NCBI GenBank assembly: GCA_964571825.1
Contig: CAZNDQ010000002.1
Location: 1-34,637, forward strand
Origin: an uncultured Planctomycetales bacterium
GTDB taxonomy: Bacteria > Planctomycetota > Phycisphaerae > UBA1845 > G020352895
DNA: 34,637 nt
Direction of reading: 5' to 3'
Shown: one piece after another, positions 1 to 9,700 of the stretch
Layout of the letters: every line of letters starts with the position of its first letter
Position numbering within the stretch: position 1 is the first letter of the stretch
The notes under the pieces: model-generated
Told to the model about the DNA's origin: nothing
Databases searched by the model: none
What the model saw: the letters and a program-made list of their open reading frames with translations, nothing else
Translations under genes and position numbers: made by a program

Positions 1-1
1 C

Positions 2-865
2 GTCAGTGCGCAGGACAGCGGCGTGCTGAGCTGCATCGACACCCGCGACGGCACACGCCTCTGGCAGGTCGAGCCCCAACTCGCTGCGCGCGACGAACAC
101 CTTGCCGCCGGCGATGAATTCGTCGTCTACCACGCGCTCGCAGGACAGGGCCGACACGTCTATCCCGTCCTCGACGTACGAACAGGCAAACTGCTGCGCA
201 CGCTGCAACCGCCGGAAACCGAGTCGGCGCTGGCCGGTAGTTCGCCGGTGCGGCTGCACCTGCTGCCGGAAGGCCTGGCTTTGATCTTCGGCACACGCAG
301 CGTCCAGTGCTATGACGCCGCCACCGGCCAGTTGATCTGGCACACGGTCAGCGAGGACCGGCTCGTCCCCGCCACGATTCAGTTCGACATTGACGGCGTG
401 CTTTACAGCGACGACGGAGAGCGGATGATCAAGCGCTCCCTCTACGGCGACCAGATCCTCTGGGCGTCGCCGTCCGTGCACCTCGGCGGCGGGCGCATCG
501 AGGGCATGGGCGCTGAACTACAGGAGGACATGTTGTTTGTCTGGGGTGAGTCCCTCGCCGCCGCGCTCGACCCGCTCGACGGCCGCGTCCTGTGGGAGGA
601 TTCACCCGGTCGCGGCGTCCGCTACCTCTTCCGACGGTCCACGCGCGACAGTCTCGTCCTGCTCGATGTGCAGGACCTCGACCGCGCCTCGACCCAGCAC
701 CGCATCCGCGCCGTGTTCTATCCGCGCGATGGCGCCGAAGCCGGCCGGGCCGAAGAGCGGGACATCGGCGAGTTCGGCTTTCTGCGCTACCTCGGCGTTC
801 GTGACCGCGCCGTCCTCATCGTCGACGCGCAGACGCTTTCCGCCTGGGTGGATCAGACGCCTTGA
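2..865 (+). CDS. PQQ-like/BamB-like beta-propeller repeat protein, 5' end cut by the window edge
   Basis: The frame is open from nt 2, with no stop upstream of the GTG at 23. TGA at 863-865. Recurrent blade-like motifs (CIDTRDGTRLWQ, CYDAATGQLIWH, LDPLDGRVLWED) are typical of PQQ-type propellers. Composition matches the flanks. Confidence 0.6.
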   Translation, partial: VSAQDSGVLSCIDTRDGTRLWQVEPQLAARDEHLAAGDEFVVYHALAGQGRHVYPVLDVRTGKLLRTLQPPETESALAGSSPVRLHLLPEGLALIFGTRSVQCYDAATGQLIWHTVSEDRLVPATIQFDIDGVLYSDDGERMIKRSLYGDQILWASPSVHLGGGRIEGMGAELQEDMLFVWGESLAAALDPLDGRVLWEDSPGRGVRYLFRRSTRDSLVLLDVQDLDRASTQHRIRAVFYPRDGAEAGRAEERDIGEFGFLRYLGVRDRAVLIVDAQTLSAWVDQTP

Positions 866-1002
866 GCCGTCCACGCTTCGCGGTTAGCATGACCGAACCG
901 CGGTCGTGATCACCGCTGGATGGTCTCCCCGAGTGAGTGACGCCCGAGTTACGGCATTCCGGACCGCCGCGGCCCCGCGCCAAGAATAGACTGCTCGAAA
1001 CC

Positions 1003-2766
1003 ATGCGCTTCACCCCGATTGTCGCCGCCCTCGCTGCCGTGTTCGCCGTCGGTATCACGGGCTGTCTTGACCTGTTCGAGAAAGACAAGGGCATCCAGCG
1101 CGACGAGACCGACGAGGAACTGCGCCGGGTCGCCGAGCGACTCGAAGCGCGCGCCGACTCCCTCGCCGTCAAGGACACGGTCGGCAGCGTTGCCTGGATT
1201 CAGGGTCAGTTCCCGCTCAAAGTGCGCGGCTACGGCATCGTCGTCGGCCTGGGCAGTAACGGCAGCAAGGAGTGTCCGCCGGACATCCGCAAACGCCTGA
1301 CGCAGGAAATGCGCAAGTACCACAACCTCGGTACCACGTCGCGCGGACTCAAGGAGCTTCAGCCGGAGGCGCTGCTCACGGACCTCGATACGGCCGTGGT
1401 CATCGTCGAGGCGGGCATTCCGGGCGCCGCCGTCAAGGGCACGCGCTTTGACGCCGTGGTCACGGCGCTGCCTGGAACGCAGACCAAATCGCTTGAAGGC
1501 GGATTCCTCTGGCGCTGCGAACTCCAGCGCTACCGAGACGTCGGCACCGGCGGCGCGAGCTTGCAGGGTGAGACGCTGGCCTTTGCCGAGGGTCCCGTCT
1601 TCGTCAATCCCTTTCCCGCCGACGGCGAGAACCCAACGCCCGTCGATCTCAAGCGCGGCGTGACGCTCGGCGGTGCCGTCGCCACCAAAGAACGCAGCGT
1701 CCGGCTCGAAATCCGCAACCCGTCGTTCCAGACGGCGATGCAGGTGGCGCGGCAGATCAATGAACGATTCACTGACGAGCACCAGACTGCCGAAGCCATC
1801 AGCCCTGCGACCATCCGCCTCCACATTCCCAAATCGTACGGCGAGCGGCGCGACCGCTTCCTCGACCTGGTGACGCACGTCATGCTCCGCTCGGACGCCT
1901 CCTTCCGCGAGGAGCGTACGGCCGAACTGGCGAAAGAGCTGCTCGATCCGGGCGCGCCTCACGATGACATCGGGCTGGCGTGGGAAGTGCTCGGGCGCAA
2001 CGTGCTGCCCGAGGTGCGCAAGCTCTACGGCGACACGCGCCCCTACGTCAGCTTCTTCGCCGCGCGCACCGGCATCCGCCTGCACGACGACTCGGCCGTA
2101 CCAGTCCTGCGCCGTCACGCACTGAACGTGACCAGCGAATACCAGCGCGAGGCAATCATCGAACTGGGCGACGCACAAAATCTCCCCGAAGCCGCCGACG
2201 CCCTCCGCCCCCTGCTCTCCCACACGGACAAGCGCGTCCGGATCTGGGCCTGCGGCGCGCTGCGCCGACGCGGAGATCGCTACGTCGAATCCGTACGCGT
2301 CGGCGAACCCAACTTTTCGCTCGACCTCGTGCGCAGCGACGCGCGGCCGCTCATCTACGCGCGCGTCGCTGGCGCGCAGACGCTGGCCCTCTTTGGACCC
2401 GATATCTGGCTCCGGCCGCCGCTCCACTACGAATCATCCGACGGCGTGCTCAACCTTTACGCCGCAGACGGCGACCGTGAGGTCAAGATCATCGCCCGCT
2501 CGCCCGGCGGAAGAATCATTGGCGCGCCGCAGGTCTGCCCGCTCGATTTGCAGACATTGCTCTCACGTCTGGGAAGCGAGCGCCGCGCACTGCCCGACGG
2601 AACGGTCACCGGCTACGGCCTGCCGTACTCCTGCATTGTCCGCGCGCTGAAAGAACTCTGCGCGGCGCGTGCCATCCCCGGCGAGTTTCAGCTCGAGAGC
2701 CCGGAGGTCACCGACATCGAGGGTCCGCTCGAGGAGCCCGGCCGGCCGGAGACGGAACTCGAATAA
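1003..2766 (+). CDS. Lipoprotein with FlgI (P-ring)-like domain interrupted by HEAT-like repeats
   Basis: ORF 937..2766. The ATG at 1003 gives MRFTPIVAALAAVFAVGITGC, a signal peptide with lipobox ITG|C. Downstream VRGYGIVVGLGSNGS, AVVIVEAGIPG, KSLEGGFL, TAMQVARQINERF and ATIRLHIP follow the FlgI family pattern as I recall it (GYGLVVGLxGTGD...). The central LLSHTDKRVRIWACGALRRRGD is HEAT/PBS-lyase-like. The C-terminal SCIVRALKELCAARAIPGEFQLE resembles the FlgI C-terminus. TAA at 2764-2766. Confidence 0.7.
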   Translation: MRFTPIVAALAAVFAVGITGCLDLFEKDKGIQRDETDEELRRVAERLEARADSLAVKDTVGSVAWIQGQFPLKVRGYGIVVGLGSNGSKECPPDIRKRLTQEMRKYHNLGTTSRGLKELQPEALLTDLDTAVVIVEAGIPGAAVKGTRFDAVVTALPGTQTKSLEGGFLWRCELQRYRDVGTGGASLQGETLAFAEGPVFVNPFPADGENPTPVDLKRGVTLGGAVATKERSVRLEIRNPSFQTAMQVARQINERFTDEHQTAEAISPATIRLHIPKSYGERRDRFLDLVTHVMLRSDASFREERTAELAKELLDPGAPHDDIGLAWEVLGRNVLPEVRKLYGDTRPYVSFFAARTGIRLHDDSAVPVLRRHALNVTSEYQREAIIELGDAQNLPEAADALRPLLSHTDKRVRIWACGALRRRGDRYVESVRVGEPNFSLDLVRSDARPLIYARVAGAQTLALFGPDIWLRPPLHYESSDGVLNLYAADGDREVKIIARSPGGRIIGAPQVCPLDLQTLLSRLGSERRALPDGTVTGYGLPYSCIVRALKELCAARAIPGEFQLESPEVTDIEGPLEEPGRPETELE

Positions 2767-2786
2767 CTTCACTCGCGGAATCGCGC

Positions 2787-3653
2787 ATGATTCAGATTGG
2801 CCGCTATGAGATTTACAGCATCGAGACCGGGCGCTTCCGCCTCGACGGCGGCTCCATGTTCGGTGTCGTGCCCAAAGCACTTTGGCAGAAGGCTGCCCCC
2901 TGCGACGAACAGAACCGCATCTTTCTCAGCATGCGCACGCTCGTTGCTCTCGATCGCCGCGGCGGCCGCGTCATTCTCGTCGACACCGGCGCCGGCGAAA
3001 AATGGAGCGACGCCGAAATCGACCGCTTCGCCTTCGAGATCAGCGGCGACCGGCTTGGCGCCGGCCTGCGCGCGCTTAGTCTGCGCGACGAAGACGTAAC
3101 CGACGTCCTTGTGACACACCTCCACTTCGACCACAACGCCGGGCTGACGCGCTGGGTTGATCCCGCTGAACAGCGCGCCGCCCCGCGCTTCCCTATTGCG
3201 CGACACTGGCTCCATCAGCGTCACTGGGATTACGCGCAGCACCCGACAGAAAAGGACCGCGCCTCCTTCCTCCCCCGCGACTACGACAGTGTTTTCGCCG
3301 CCGGCCTCTTCACCTTCCTCGACGGCGATGAGCCGGCCAGCCCCTTCGACGACATCCGCCTGTTCGTCGCCAACGGACATACGTCCTGCCAGATGCTCCC
3401 CTGGTTCCACGACGGCGAGCGGGAAATGCTCTACGTCGCCGACATGATCCCCACCTTCGCCCACCTGCCTGTACCGTGGGTCATGGCCTTCGATAATTTT
3501 CCCCTCCAGACCATTGAGGAAAAAAAGCTCGTCTACGCTGCCTGCCGCGAACGCGGGCTCTGGATCGCCTCCGAGCACGACCCCAATTTCGCGGGCGCTA
3601 AGATCGCCTTCGACGGCCGGCGCCCCGTCGTCGCCGAACCGCTCGATCTATGA
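2787..3653 (+). CDS. MBL-fold metallo-hydrolase
   Basis: ATG at 2787. HxHxDH zinc motif (THLHFDHNAG) with a later His/Asp (ANGHTS, VADMIP). 288 aa, typical for the family. Confidence 0.85.
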   Translation: MIQIGRYEIYSIETGRFRLDGGSMFGVVPKALWQKAAPCDEQNRIFLSMRTLVALDRRGGRVILVDTGAGEKWSDAEIDRFAFEISGDRLGAGLRALSLRDEDVTDVLVTHLHFDHNAGLTRWVDPAEQRAAPRFPIARHWLHQRHWDYAQHPTEKDRASFLPRDYDSVFAAGLFTFLDGDEPASPFDDIRLFVANGHTSCQMLPWFHDGEREMLYVADMIPTFAHLPVPWVMAFDNFPLQTIEEKKLVYAACRERGLWIASEHDPNFAGAKIAFDGRRPVVAEPLDL

Positions 3654-3689
3654 TCCGCCGCGGCATGCCGCCGCCTTGCAGGAGGACCC

Positions 3690-4178
3690 ATGAACGCCAA
3701 AGACCTCTTCAAACACCAGTTCACCGTCGGCCGCGAAGTGATCTCGCGCATGATCGCCGACCTCACCGATGAAGACATGCTCGTCGCGCCCGCGCGCGGC
3801 GGAAACTTCCCGCTCTGGATCATCGGCCACCTCGCCTACAGCGAGGCCTTCGTCCTCCACGTGCGCATCAAGGGTGGTGCCAACCCGCTGCCGCAATGGG
3901 AAAGAACCCTCGGCCGCGGCAGCCAACCCGTCCCCGGCGGCGCCGGTTACCCGCCGCGCCAAGAACTCTGGGCCGCCTTCCTCCAGCGCCGCAATGAACT
4001 CGTCGCCTTTGTCGAAGCCCAGTCCGACGCCGACTTCGACCGACCCACCGGCGCGGAGAACCCCTTCTTCGGCACCGTCGGCAAGGTCCTCGGTATGCTC
4101 GCCACCCATCAGTTCTTCCACGCCGGCCAAATCGCCGATGTACGCAGGCAACTGGGCCGCCCGCCCGTATTTGGTTGA
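3690..4178 (+). CDS. DinB-family (DinB_2) four-helix-bundle metalloprotein
   Basis: ATG at 3690 preceded by GGAGGA (3681-3686). N-terminal helix followed by GHLAYSE, and C-terminal HQFFHAGQI, match the DinB His-triad layout. 162 aa. Confidence 0.8.
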   Translation: MNAKDLFKHQFTVGREVISRMIADLTDEDMLVAPARGGNFPLWIIGHLAYSEAFVLHVRIKGGANPLPQWERTLGRGSQPVPGGAGYPPRQELWAAFLQRRNELVAFVEAQSDADFDRPTGAENPFFGTVGKVLGMLATHQFFHAGQIADVRRQLGRPPVFG

Positions 4179-4371
4179 TGGCTGCGCCCGCATGTGCGTC
4201 CGATGAGACTGGCCAAGCCGCCGCCGCACCGGTACGCTCTCTCGTTCGGCGCGCGGACGCGGCGAGATGTTCCGGCCCCGGCCGGGCCGTGTCCCCGGCA
4301 GGGGAATCCGCCGCCGGGTCTGCGCGACCTCGACCTATTCCCCGGGCCCCTGCGCCCTGGAGGTATTGTCC

Positions 4372-6183
4372 GTGTCCTTGCCCTATCACCAGCGTACCCA
4401 CTCGTGCGGCCAGCTCCGCCGCGAACATCAGGGGCAGCCCGTCCTCCTCGCCGGCTGGGTCAACTCCTACCGCGACCACGGCGGCATGGTCTTCATTGAC
4501 CTCCGCGACCGCGACGGCTTGACCCAGATCAAGTTCAACCCCGACACCGACCCCACCGCGCACAAGACCGCGCGCGCACTGCGCAACGAATTCTGCATCT
4601 GCGTTCGCGGCGACGTCGCCCTGCGCGGCGAGAACATCAACCCGAAGCTCCCCACCGGCGAGGTCGAGGTCAACGGCCGCGAAGTCGAGATCCTCTCGAA
4701 GAGCGACACGCCGCCCTTCGAGATCGCCGACCATGTCGACGCCAACGAGGACCTGCGACTCAAATACCGCTTCCTCGACCTGCGCCGGCCCGTCAACCAG
4801 CGCATGTTCCGCCTCCGCCATCGCATCACCAAATCGATGCGCGACTACTTCGACGAAAACGGCTTCATCGAGATCGAAACGCCCTTCCTCACCAAGAGCA
4901 CCCCCGAGGGCGCGCGCGATTACCTCGTCCCCTCGCGCGTGCAGCAGGGCTCCTTCTACGCCCTGCCCCAGTCGCCGCAGCTCTTCAAGCAGCTCTTCAT
5001 GATCGCCGGCTTCGACCGCTACGCGCAGATCGTCCGCTGCTTCCGCGACGAAGATCTCCGCGCCGACCGCCAGCCTGAATTCACCCAGCTCGACCTCGAA
5101 ATGTCCTTCTGCCAGTCCGACACTGTCATGACCACGGTCGAGGGCATGGTCCAGCGATTGTTCCAGGACGCCCTCGGCGTGCACATCTCCCTGCCGCTTC
5201 CGCGCATGAGCTACGCCGAAGCCATGGACCGCTACGGCATCGACCGCCCCGACCTGCGCTTCGGCATGGAACTCGTCGACGTGACGGACATCGTGCGAAG
5301 TACCGACTTTGCCGTCTTTCGCTCGGCCGTCGAGTCCGGCGGCGTCGTCAAATGCCTCGTCGCCAATGGCGGCGAGACGCTCACGCGTAAGGTCACTGAC
5401 GGCCTCGCCGAAGAGATCAAGGGCATCGGCGGCGGCGGCCTGCCCGTCACCAAGATCGTCCAGGGCGCCGGCGGCCCCGAGTTCTCCACCGGCGTCGCCA
5501 AGTTCATGCAACCGTTCTTCGCCGCCCTCTGCGAGCGCACCGGCGCCGCCGTCGGCGACGCCATCTTCTTCATGCCCGGCTCCTACGACGCGGTCTGCAA
5601 ACACCTCCACTACGTCCGCACCCGCCTCGCCGAGATCATGAAACTCATCCCCGACGGCGTCTGGAACCTCCTCTGGGTCGTCGACTTCCCCCTCGTCGTC
5701 TGGGACGCCGAGTCGAAGCGCTGGTTCAGCACCCACCACCCCTTTACCGCGCCACTCGACGAGGACCTCGACCGCATCGAGTCCGACCCCGGCAATGTCC
5801 GCAGCAAGGCCTACGACCTCGTCCTCAACGGCCTCGAAATGGGCGGCGGCAGCATTCGTATTCACAACCGCGATGTGCAGCAGCGCGTCTTCAAGCTCCT
5901 CGGCATCAGCGAGGACGAAGCACACGAGAAATTCGAGCACCTCATGGAAGCGCTGCGCTTCGGCGCCCCGCCCCACGGCGGCCTCGCCTTCGGCCTCGAC
6001 CGCTGGGCGATGATGCTCGGCGGCGGGCAGAGCCTGCGCGACGTGATCGCCTTCCCCAAGACCCAGCGCGCCGTCTGCCCGCTCACCGGCGCGCCCGCCC
6101 CCGTCCACGACGAACAACTCCGCGAACTCGGCCTCGACCTGCCCCCGGCCGTCCGCGCCCGAATGTCTGGACCCAATCGCTAG
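4372..6183 (+). CDS. aspS: Aspartate--tRNA ligase
   Basis: Full-length class II AspRS pattern: RTHSCGQLR, GWV..YRDHGGMVFIDLRDRDG, FLTKSTPEGARDYLVPSR, QSPQLFKQLFM, RCFRDEDLRADRQPEFTQLD, GGGSIRIH, PPHGGLAFGLDR. I prefer the GTG at 4372 (VSLPYHQRTH...) because GGAGG sits at 4360-4364. The track start at 4267 adds an Arg/Pro-rich extension that is atypical for AspRS. Confidence 0.95.
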   Translation: MSLPYHQRTHSCGQLRREHQGQPVLLAGWVNSYRDHGGMVFIDLRDRDGLTQIKFNPDTDPTAHKTARALRNEFCICVRGDVALRGENINPKLPTGEVEVNGREVEILSKSDTPPFEIADHVDANEDLRLKYRFLDLRRPVNQRMFRLRHRITKSMRDYFDENGFIEIETPFLTKSTPEGARDYLVPSRVQQGSFYALPQSPQLFKQLFMIAGFDRYAQIVRCFRDEDLRADRQPEFTQLDLEMSFCQSDTVMTTVEGMVQRLFQDALGVHISLPLPRMSYAEAMDRYGIDRPDLRFGMELVDVTDIVRSTDFAVFRSAVESGGVVKCLVANGGETLTRKVTDGLAEEIKGIGGGGLPVTKIVQGAGGPEFSTGVAKFMQPFFAALCERTGAAVGDAIFFMPGSYDAVCKHLHYVRTRLAEIMKLIPDGVWNLLWVVDFPLVVWDAESKRWFSTHHPFTAPLDEDLDRIESDPGNVRSKAYDLVLNGLEMGGGSIRIHNRDVQQRVFKLLGISEDEAHEKFEHLMEALRFGAPPHGGLAFGLDRWAMMLGGGQSLRDVIAFPKTQRAVCPLTGAPAPVHDEQLRELGLDLPPAVRARMSGPNR

Positions 6184-6291
6184 CGCGCAACCACCGCGCC
6201 CGACCCGCGCCGCAGTGCGCGCTGCGCCGCCGCGAATCTCTCTCTTACGTCGTCCGTTGGAAAGCCGTGGAATTGCCCGACGCGCGCCGCT

Positions 6292-6558
6292 TTATTCGGC
6301 GACGCCAGTCTCATCGGAGGGTTCGTTCGATTCGACGGCCGCCTCGCCGGCCTCAATCTGCTGCGGCGAAGCGCGCCGCTGAATCTCCAGCGCCCGCACC
6401 TCACGCAGGCGCCCCGGCACAAACAACCACACCAGCAACACGATGAAGAAGATCGACAGCACGGCCGTGACGAACACCGGAAACGACGCCTCGTCGTGCG
6501 CGCCGGCCGGGCGTGCGTCGTTGATCGAGTCGATGCGCGGCTCCTTCTCTTCGTGCAT
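6292..6558 (-). CDS. Small single-pass membrane protein, function unknown
   Basis: ORF 6292..6660 (-) contains one clear TM helix (FPVFVTAVLSIFFIVLLVWLFV) and an acidic tail. It lies directly downstream of the CRTAC1-like pair on the same strand. The start is uncertain: ATG at 6558 (MHEEKEP...), ATG at 6618 or GTG at 6660. Confidence 0.4.
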   Translation of the reverse strand: MHEEKEPRIDSINDARPAGAHDEASFPVFVTAVLSIFFIVLLVWLFVPGRLREVRALEIQRRASPQQIEAGEAAVESNEPSDETGVAE

Positions 6559-6705
6559 GTCGGCCTCGTCGGGGTGCAGACTCGCCGCCCGCGCCCGCGC
6601 GGACGGATGCCGATACATCGGCACCCTCGACGAACGAGTGCAGATCGCTCGCGCCGGCACGCTTCGTTGTGCTCCGCCGCTGTGCCAATGTCGAATGGAA
6701 ACCCG

Positions 6706-9700
6706 TTATCGGTCGGATGTGCGCGCTGGATCGTGCACCGGCAGCTGCCCCACCGCATGCACGTCCCCCACCGTCGGCCGTGCTGCCCGCGTATTGTACG
6801 CCCGTCGCCACGCCTCCAGGTCCGGCGTCCGCGGAAATTGCTCCCCCGCAGGGTACGGATAGCCGCTCATCCCATGAAACGGCAGCGGCTCCACCGTCCC
6901 CGAGTAGGTTGTGTTCAGATCGCCGTCCTTCACCCAGCCCACGGCATAGAAGACGAACGAGCGCCGCCACCCCTCGCGTAGCGCCGGCAGCCCCCGCGCA
7001 TCAAACCGCATCGCCAGCTCATCCCCCGGCCCGAAGATCACGTAGCGGTTATCCGCCGCGCCGAGCAGCTCCGTTACCTCCCCGTACCGCGTCAGCATCC
7101 CCTGCGGCGGGCTCCAGTTCCCCACCGGGCTCACCTGCTGGTAGTCAAACGTCTCGAATCCCCGCTCGTCCCGCTGCATCCGCGAAAAACCGCGATAGCG
7201 CAGCTCGGCCGCTGCCACCGACAATCGCGTCTCGATGCACTCGGCTGCGCGGTCATCCAACCCGACGAACACCCGATCAAAGTACACGCACAAATTCGTC
7301 GACAGCCGCACGCGATAGTCATTCGCCGACAGGAACCGGCCAGTCAGTTCTACCGGCACCACCAGCCCCTTGCTTGTCGGCAGCCCGACCGACTCGATCG
7401 CCGTCGTCCACGCCCCATCCTCCCCCGGCACCTCCAGCGACAACGGCCGGATCGCATACCGCGAATCCTGGTCCAGCGCCATCACCGTGCTCGACTCCGG
7501 CCAGTAGATCCACCCGTCGAGGTACAGCATGATGCGCTCCGCCCCGCGCAGGTCGCCGAGGTCGAGCGTCAGCGCGTGCGGCTCCGCAATACCCTCGTAC
7601 GCCGCCAGCGGAAACTCCACTACCCGCCCGTCGCGCTCGCGCACAAGCGGCAGCACGTCGCGTCCGCGCTCGTCCGCCGCCGCCCGCGGCGCCACGCGCG
7701 TCCCCGGTGCAAAGAACTTGTCCTCCGGAAACGGCGGCGCCGTGAAATACTCGTTCGGCGCAATCTCCGTGCCGGGCGGATGATCGATCACGCGCAGCTC
7801 GAACCGGTCCGCGTACATCGTTTCGCGCAGCTCCTCCGTCAGCCGCAGTTCGTAATACCCCTCGCGCGCTGCAAGCTGTTCCCCCGTGATCAGCGTCAGC
7901 TCTGTGCTGTCCGGCTGATGGTAAACCCCCGGTGCCATCGGCACGCCCAGCGGCCCGATCCCCAGAATCTCGTTGACGAGTTCGAACCGCGCGCCGTTCC
8001 ACGCATACAGGAACCCGCACGAGGCCGAGACCTTGACCACCTCTTCCACGTCGATGCGTTGATCGATTCCCGGCTGAATGACGTTCTGCACCACACCGTT
8101 CGGCCACGTGATACGCACCACATCCACCCGCTCCACCGACCCGAGGCAGAAGTGCACCGCCTCCCCGCGCGCCGTCTGCCGCTGATAATGCCCGCCGCCG
8201 ACGATCTCCGCCGTCGCCCCCACACCGCTGCGATTACTCTTCTTGCCCGTCAGTTTCACTGCCAGCGAGTGCCGCTTCTCGCCCGCGGCATCGCGCCACA
8301 GCTCGACGCCTCCGCCGCGCCGCTTGACGACCAGGTCGAGCCGGCCGTCCCCATCCACATCACCGACCGCAAACGCCGCGATCGACCCGCGCTGCTCGCC
8401 CTTGGGCGCCAGCGCCATCGCGTGCGGCGCGGCAAATTCCTCCGCCCCGCCCGGCGCCGCCAAACACATCGTCTCCCCTTCCCCATCCAGCAGTAGTAGA
8501 TCGCCCCACCCATCGTTCCCCAGATCGGCCACGACGATCTGCGCCACGCCTTTCGTTCCCAGCGCCTCCGGCAGCTTCGCCGCGCGGCCCTCGAACCGAT
8601 TCCCGCCGCGATTGACGTAGACCCGCAGTTCGCTCCCCGCCGCGACGATGAGGTCCGCGCGCCCGTCGCGGTTCACGTCCGTCTCCGCGGCCGCGCGCCC
8701 GCCCTCCGGCAGCGCCGGCGAAAACTCCCCGCCCGCCGCATACACGCCCAGACGCTGATTCGTGAACAGTGTCCCCGCCGCGTCCGCGTTAAGCACGAAC
8801 AGGTCCGTATCCACGTCTCCGTCGAAATCCGCGTAGATCGCCGCCCGCGACCGCGCCACGTCGATCAACAGCCCCGCCTCATCCGTCCGGTCCGTGAACG
8901 TCCCGTCCCCGTTGTTCCGCAGCAGCGTGTTTACCGCGCCGCCCAGGTCATCCGGCACGCGCACCATTTCGCGCTCTGGCGCCTCCGCAAAGTCCGCGTC
9001 ATTCGCAATGAACAGATCCAGATCGTTGTCGTGATCGTAATCAAACAGCACGGCCGCCCCGCCGCACTGCGGCTCATTCACCCCCGCCCGCGCTGAGACA
9101 TCCTCGAACGTCCCATCCCCCTTGTTGCGATACAGCACGTTCGCCCCGCAGTTCACCACGTACAAGTCGGCGTGCCCGTCGTTGTCATGGTCGCCGAACG
9201 TCGCCGCCATCCCCGCGCCCGCATCACCCACCCCAGCCTTGCGCGTCACATCCGCGAACCGCCCCTTCCCGTTGTTTCGCCACAACCGATTCGCCGATCG
9301 CCCCTCCTCTTCCGCCGCGTTTACCTCGTAAATATCGAGGTCGCCGTCGCCGTCGTAGTCCCCCAACACCACGCCCCCGCCCAGCGACGCCGCGTACACC
9401 CGCCCGGCCCGCGCTGACTCATACTCCGCCCGCGGAATCGTCAGCGCCCCCGCCGCAGACTTGCCGCGCTCCCCACCTCCCAGCCCCGCCTCCTTCGTCG
9501 CCTCCACCAGCTTCGGCGCTGCACCGCTCACCGCGTTCGGATCGGCCCCGTGCCGTGGCAGCTCGATCAGCGCCGAGTACGCGCTCCGCTCCAGCGCCTC
9601 TGCCGTCTTCTCCGACGCATCGATCGTGTCCTTCACCCGGTTGTAAATCTCCGCGTGCCGCTCCGCTTCCTCCGCCAGACCCGCCCGCCGCGCCAGCACC

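Noticed and set aside
879-902. Hairpin CGCGGTT-N10-AACCGCG after the first gene as an intrinsic terminator
   Set aside because: The stem is only 7 bp with no downstream T-tract, which is not enough to call a terminator.
4179-4371. 193-nt GC-rich leader before aspS with a GGGGAAT(4301-4307)/ATTCCCC(4338-4344) stem, considered as a T-box or attenuator
   Set aside because: There is no T-box consensus, specifier-loop architecture or terminator U-tract. Stems like this arise easily in 70% GC DNA.
3868-6117. 749-aa ORF on the minus strand
   Set aside because: It is exactly antisense to the unambiguous aspS gene. Its Gly/Ala/Val/Arg/Asp-rich low-complexity translation is a typical high-GC shadow ORF.
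6180-6981. Cluster of mutually overlapping 120-190-aa ORFs on both strands
   Set aside because: The translations are Arg/Pro/Ala-rich and mutually exclusive. Only the frame containing a clean TM helix (6292..6558/6660, minus strand) was retained, and that at low confidence.
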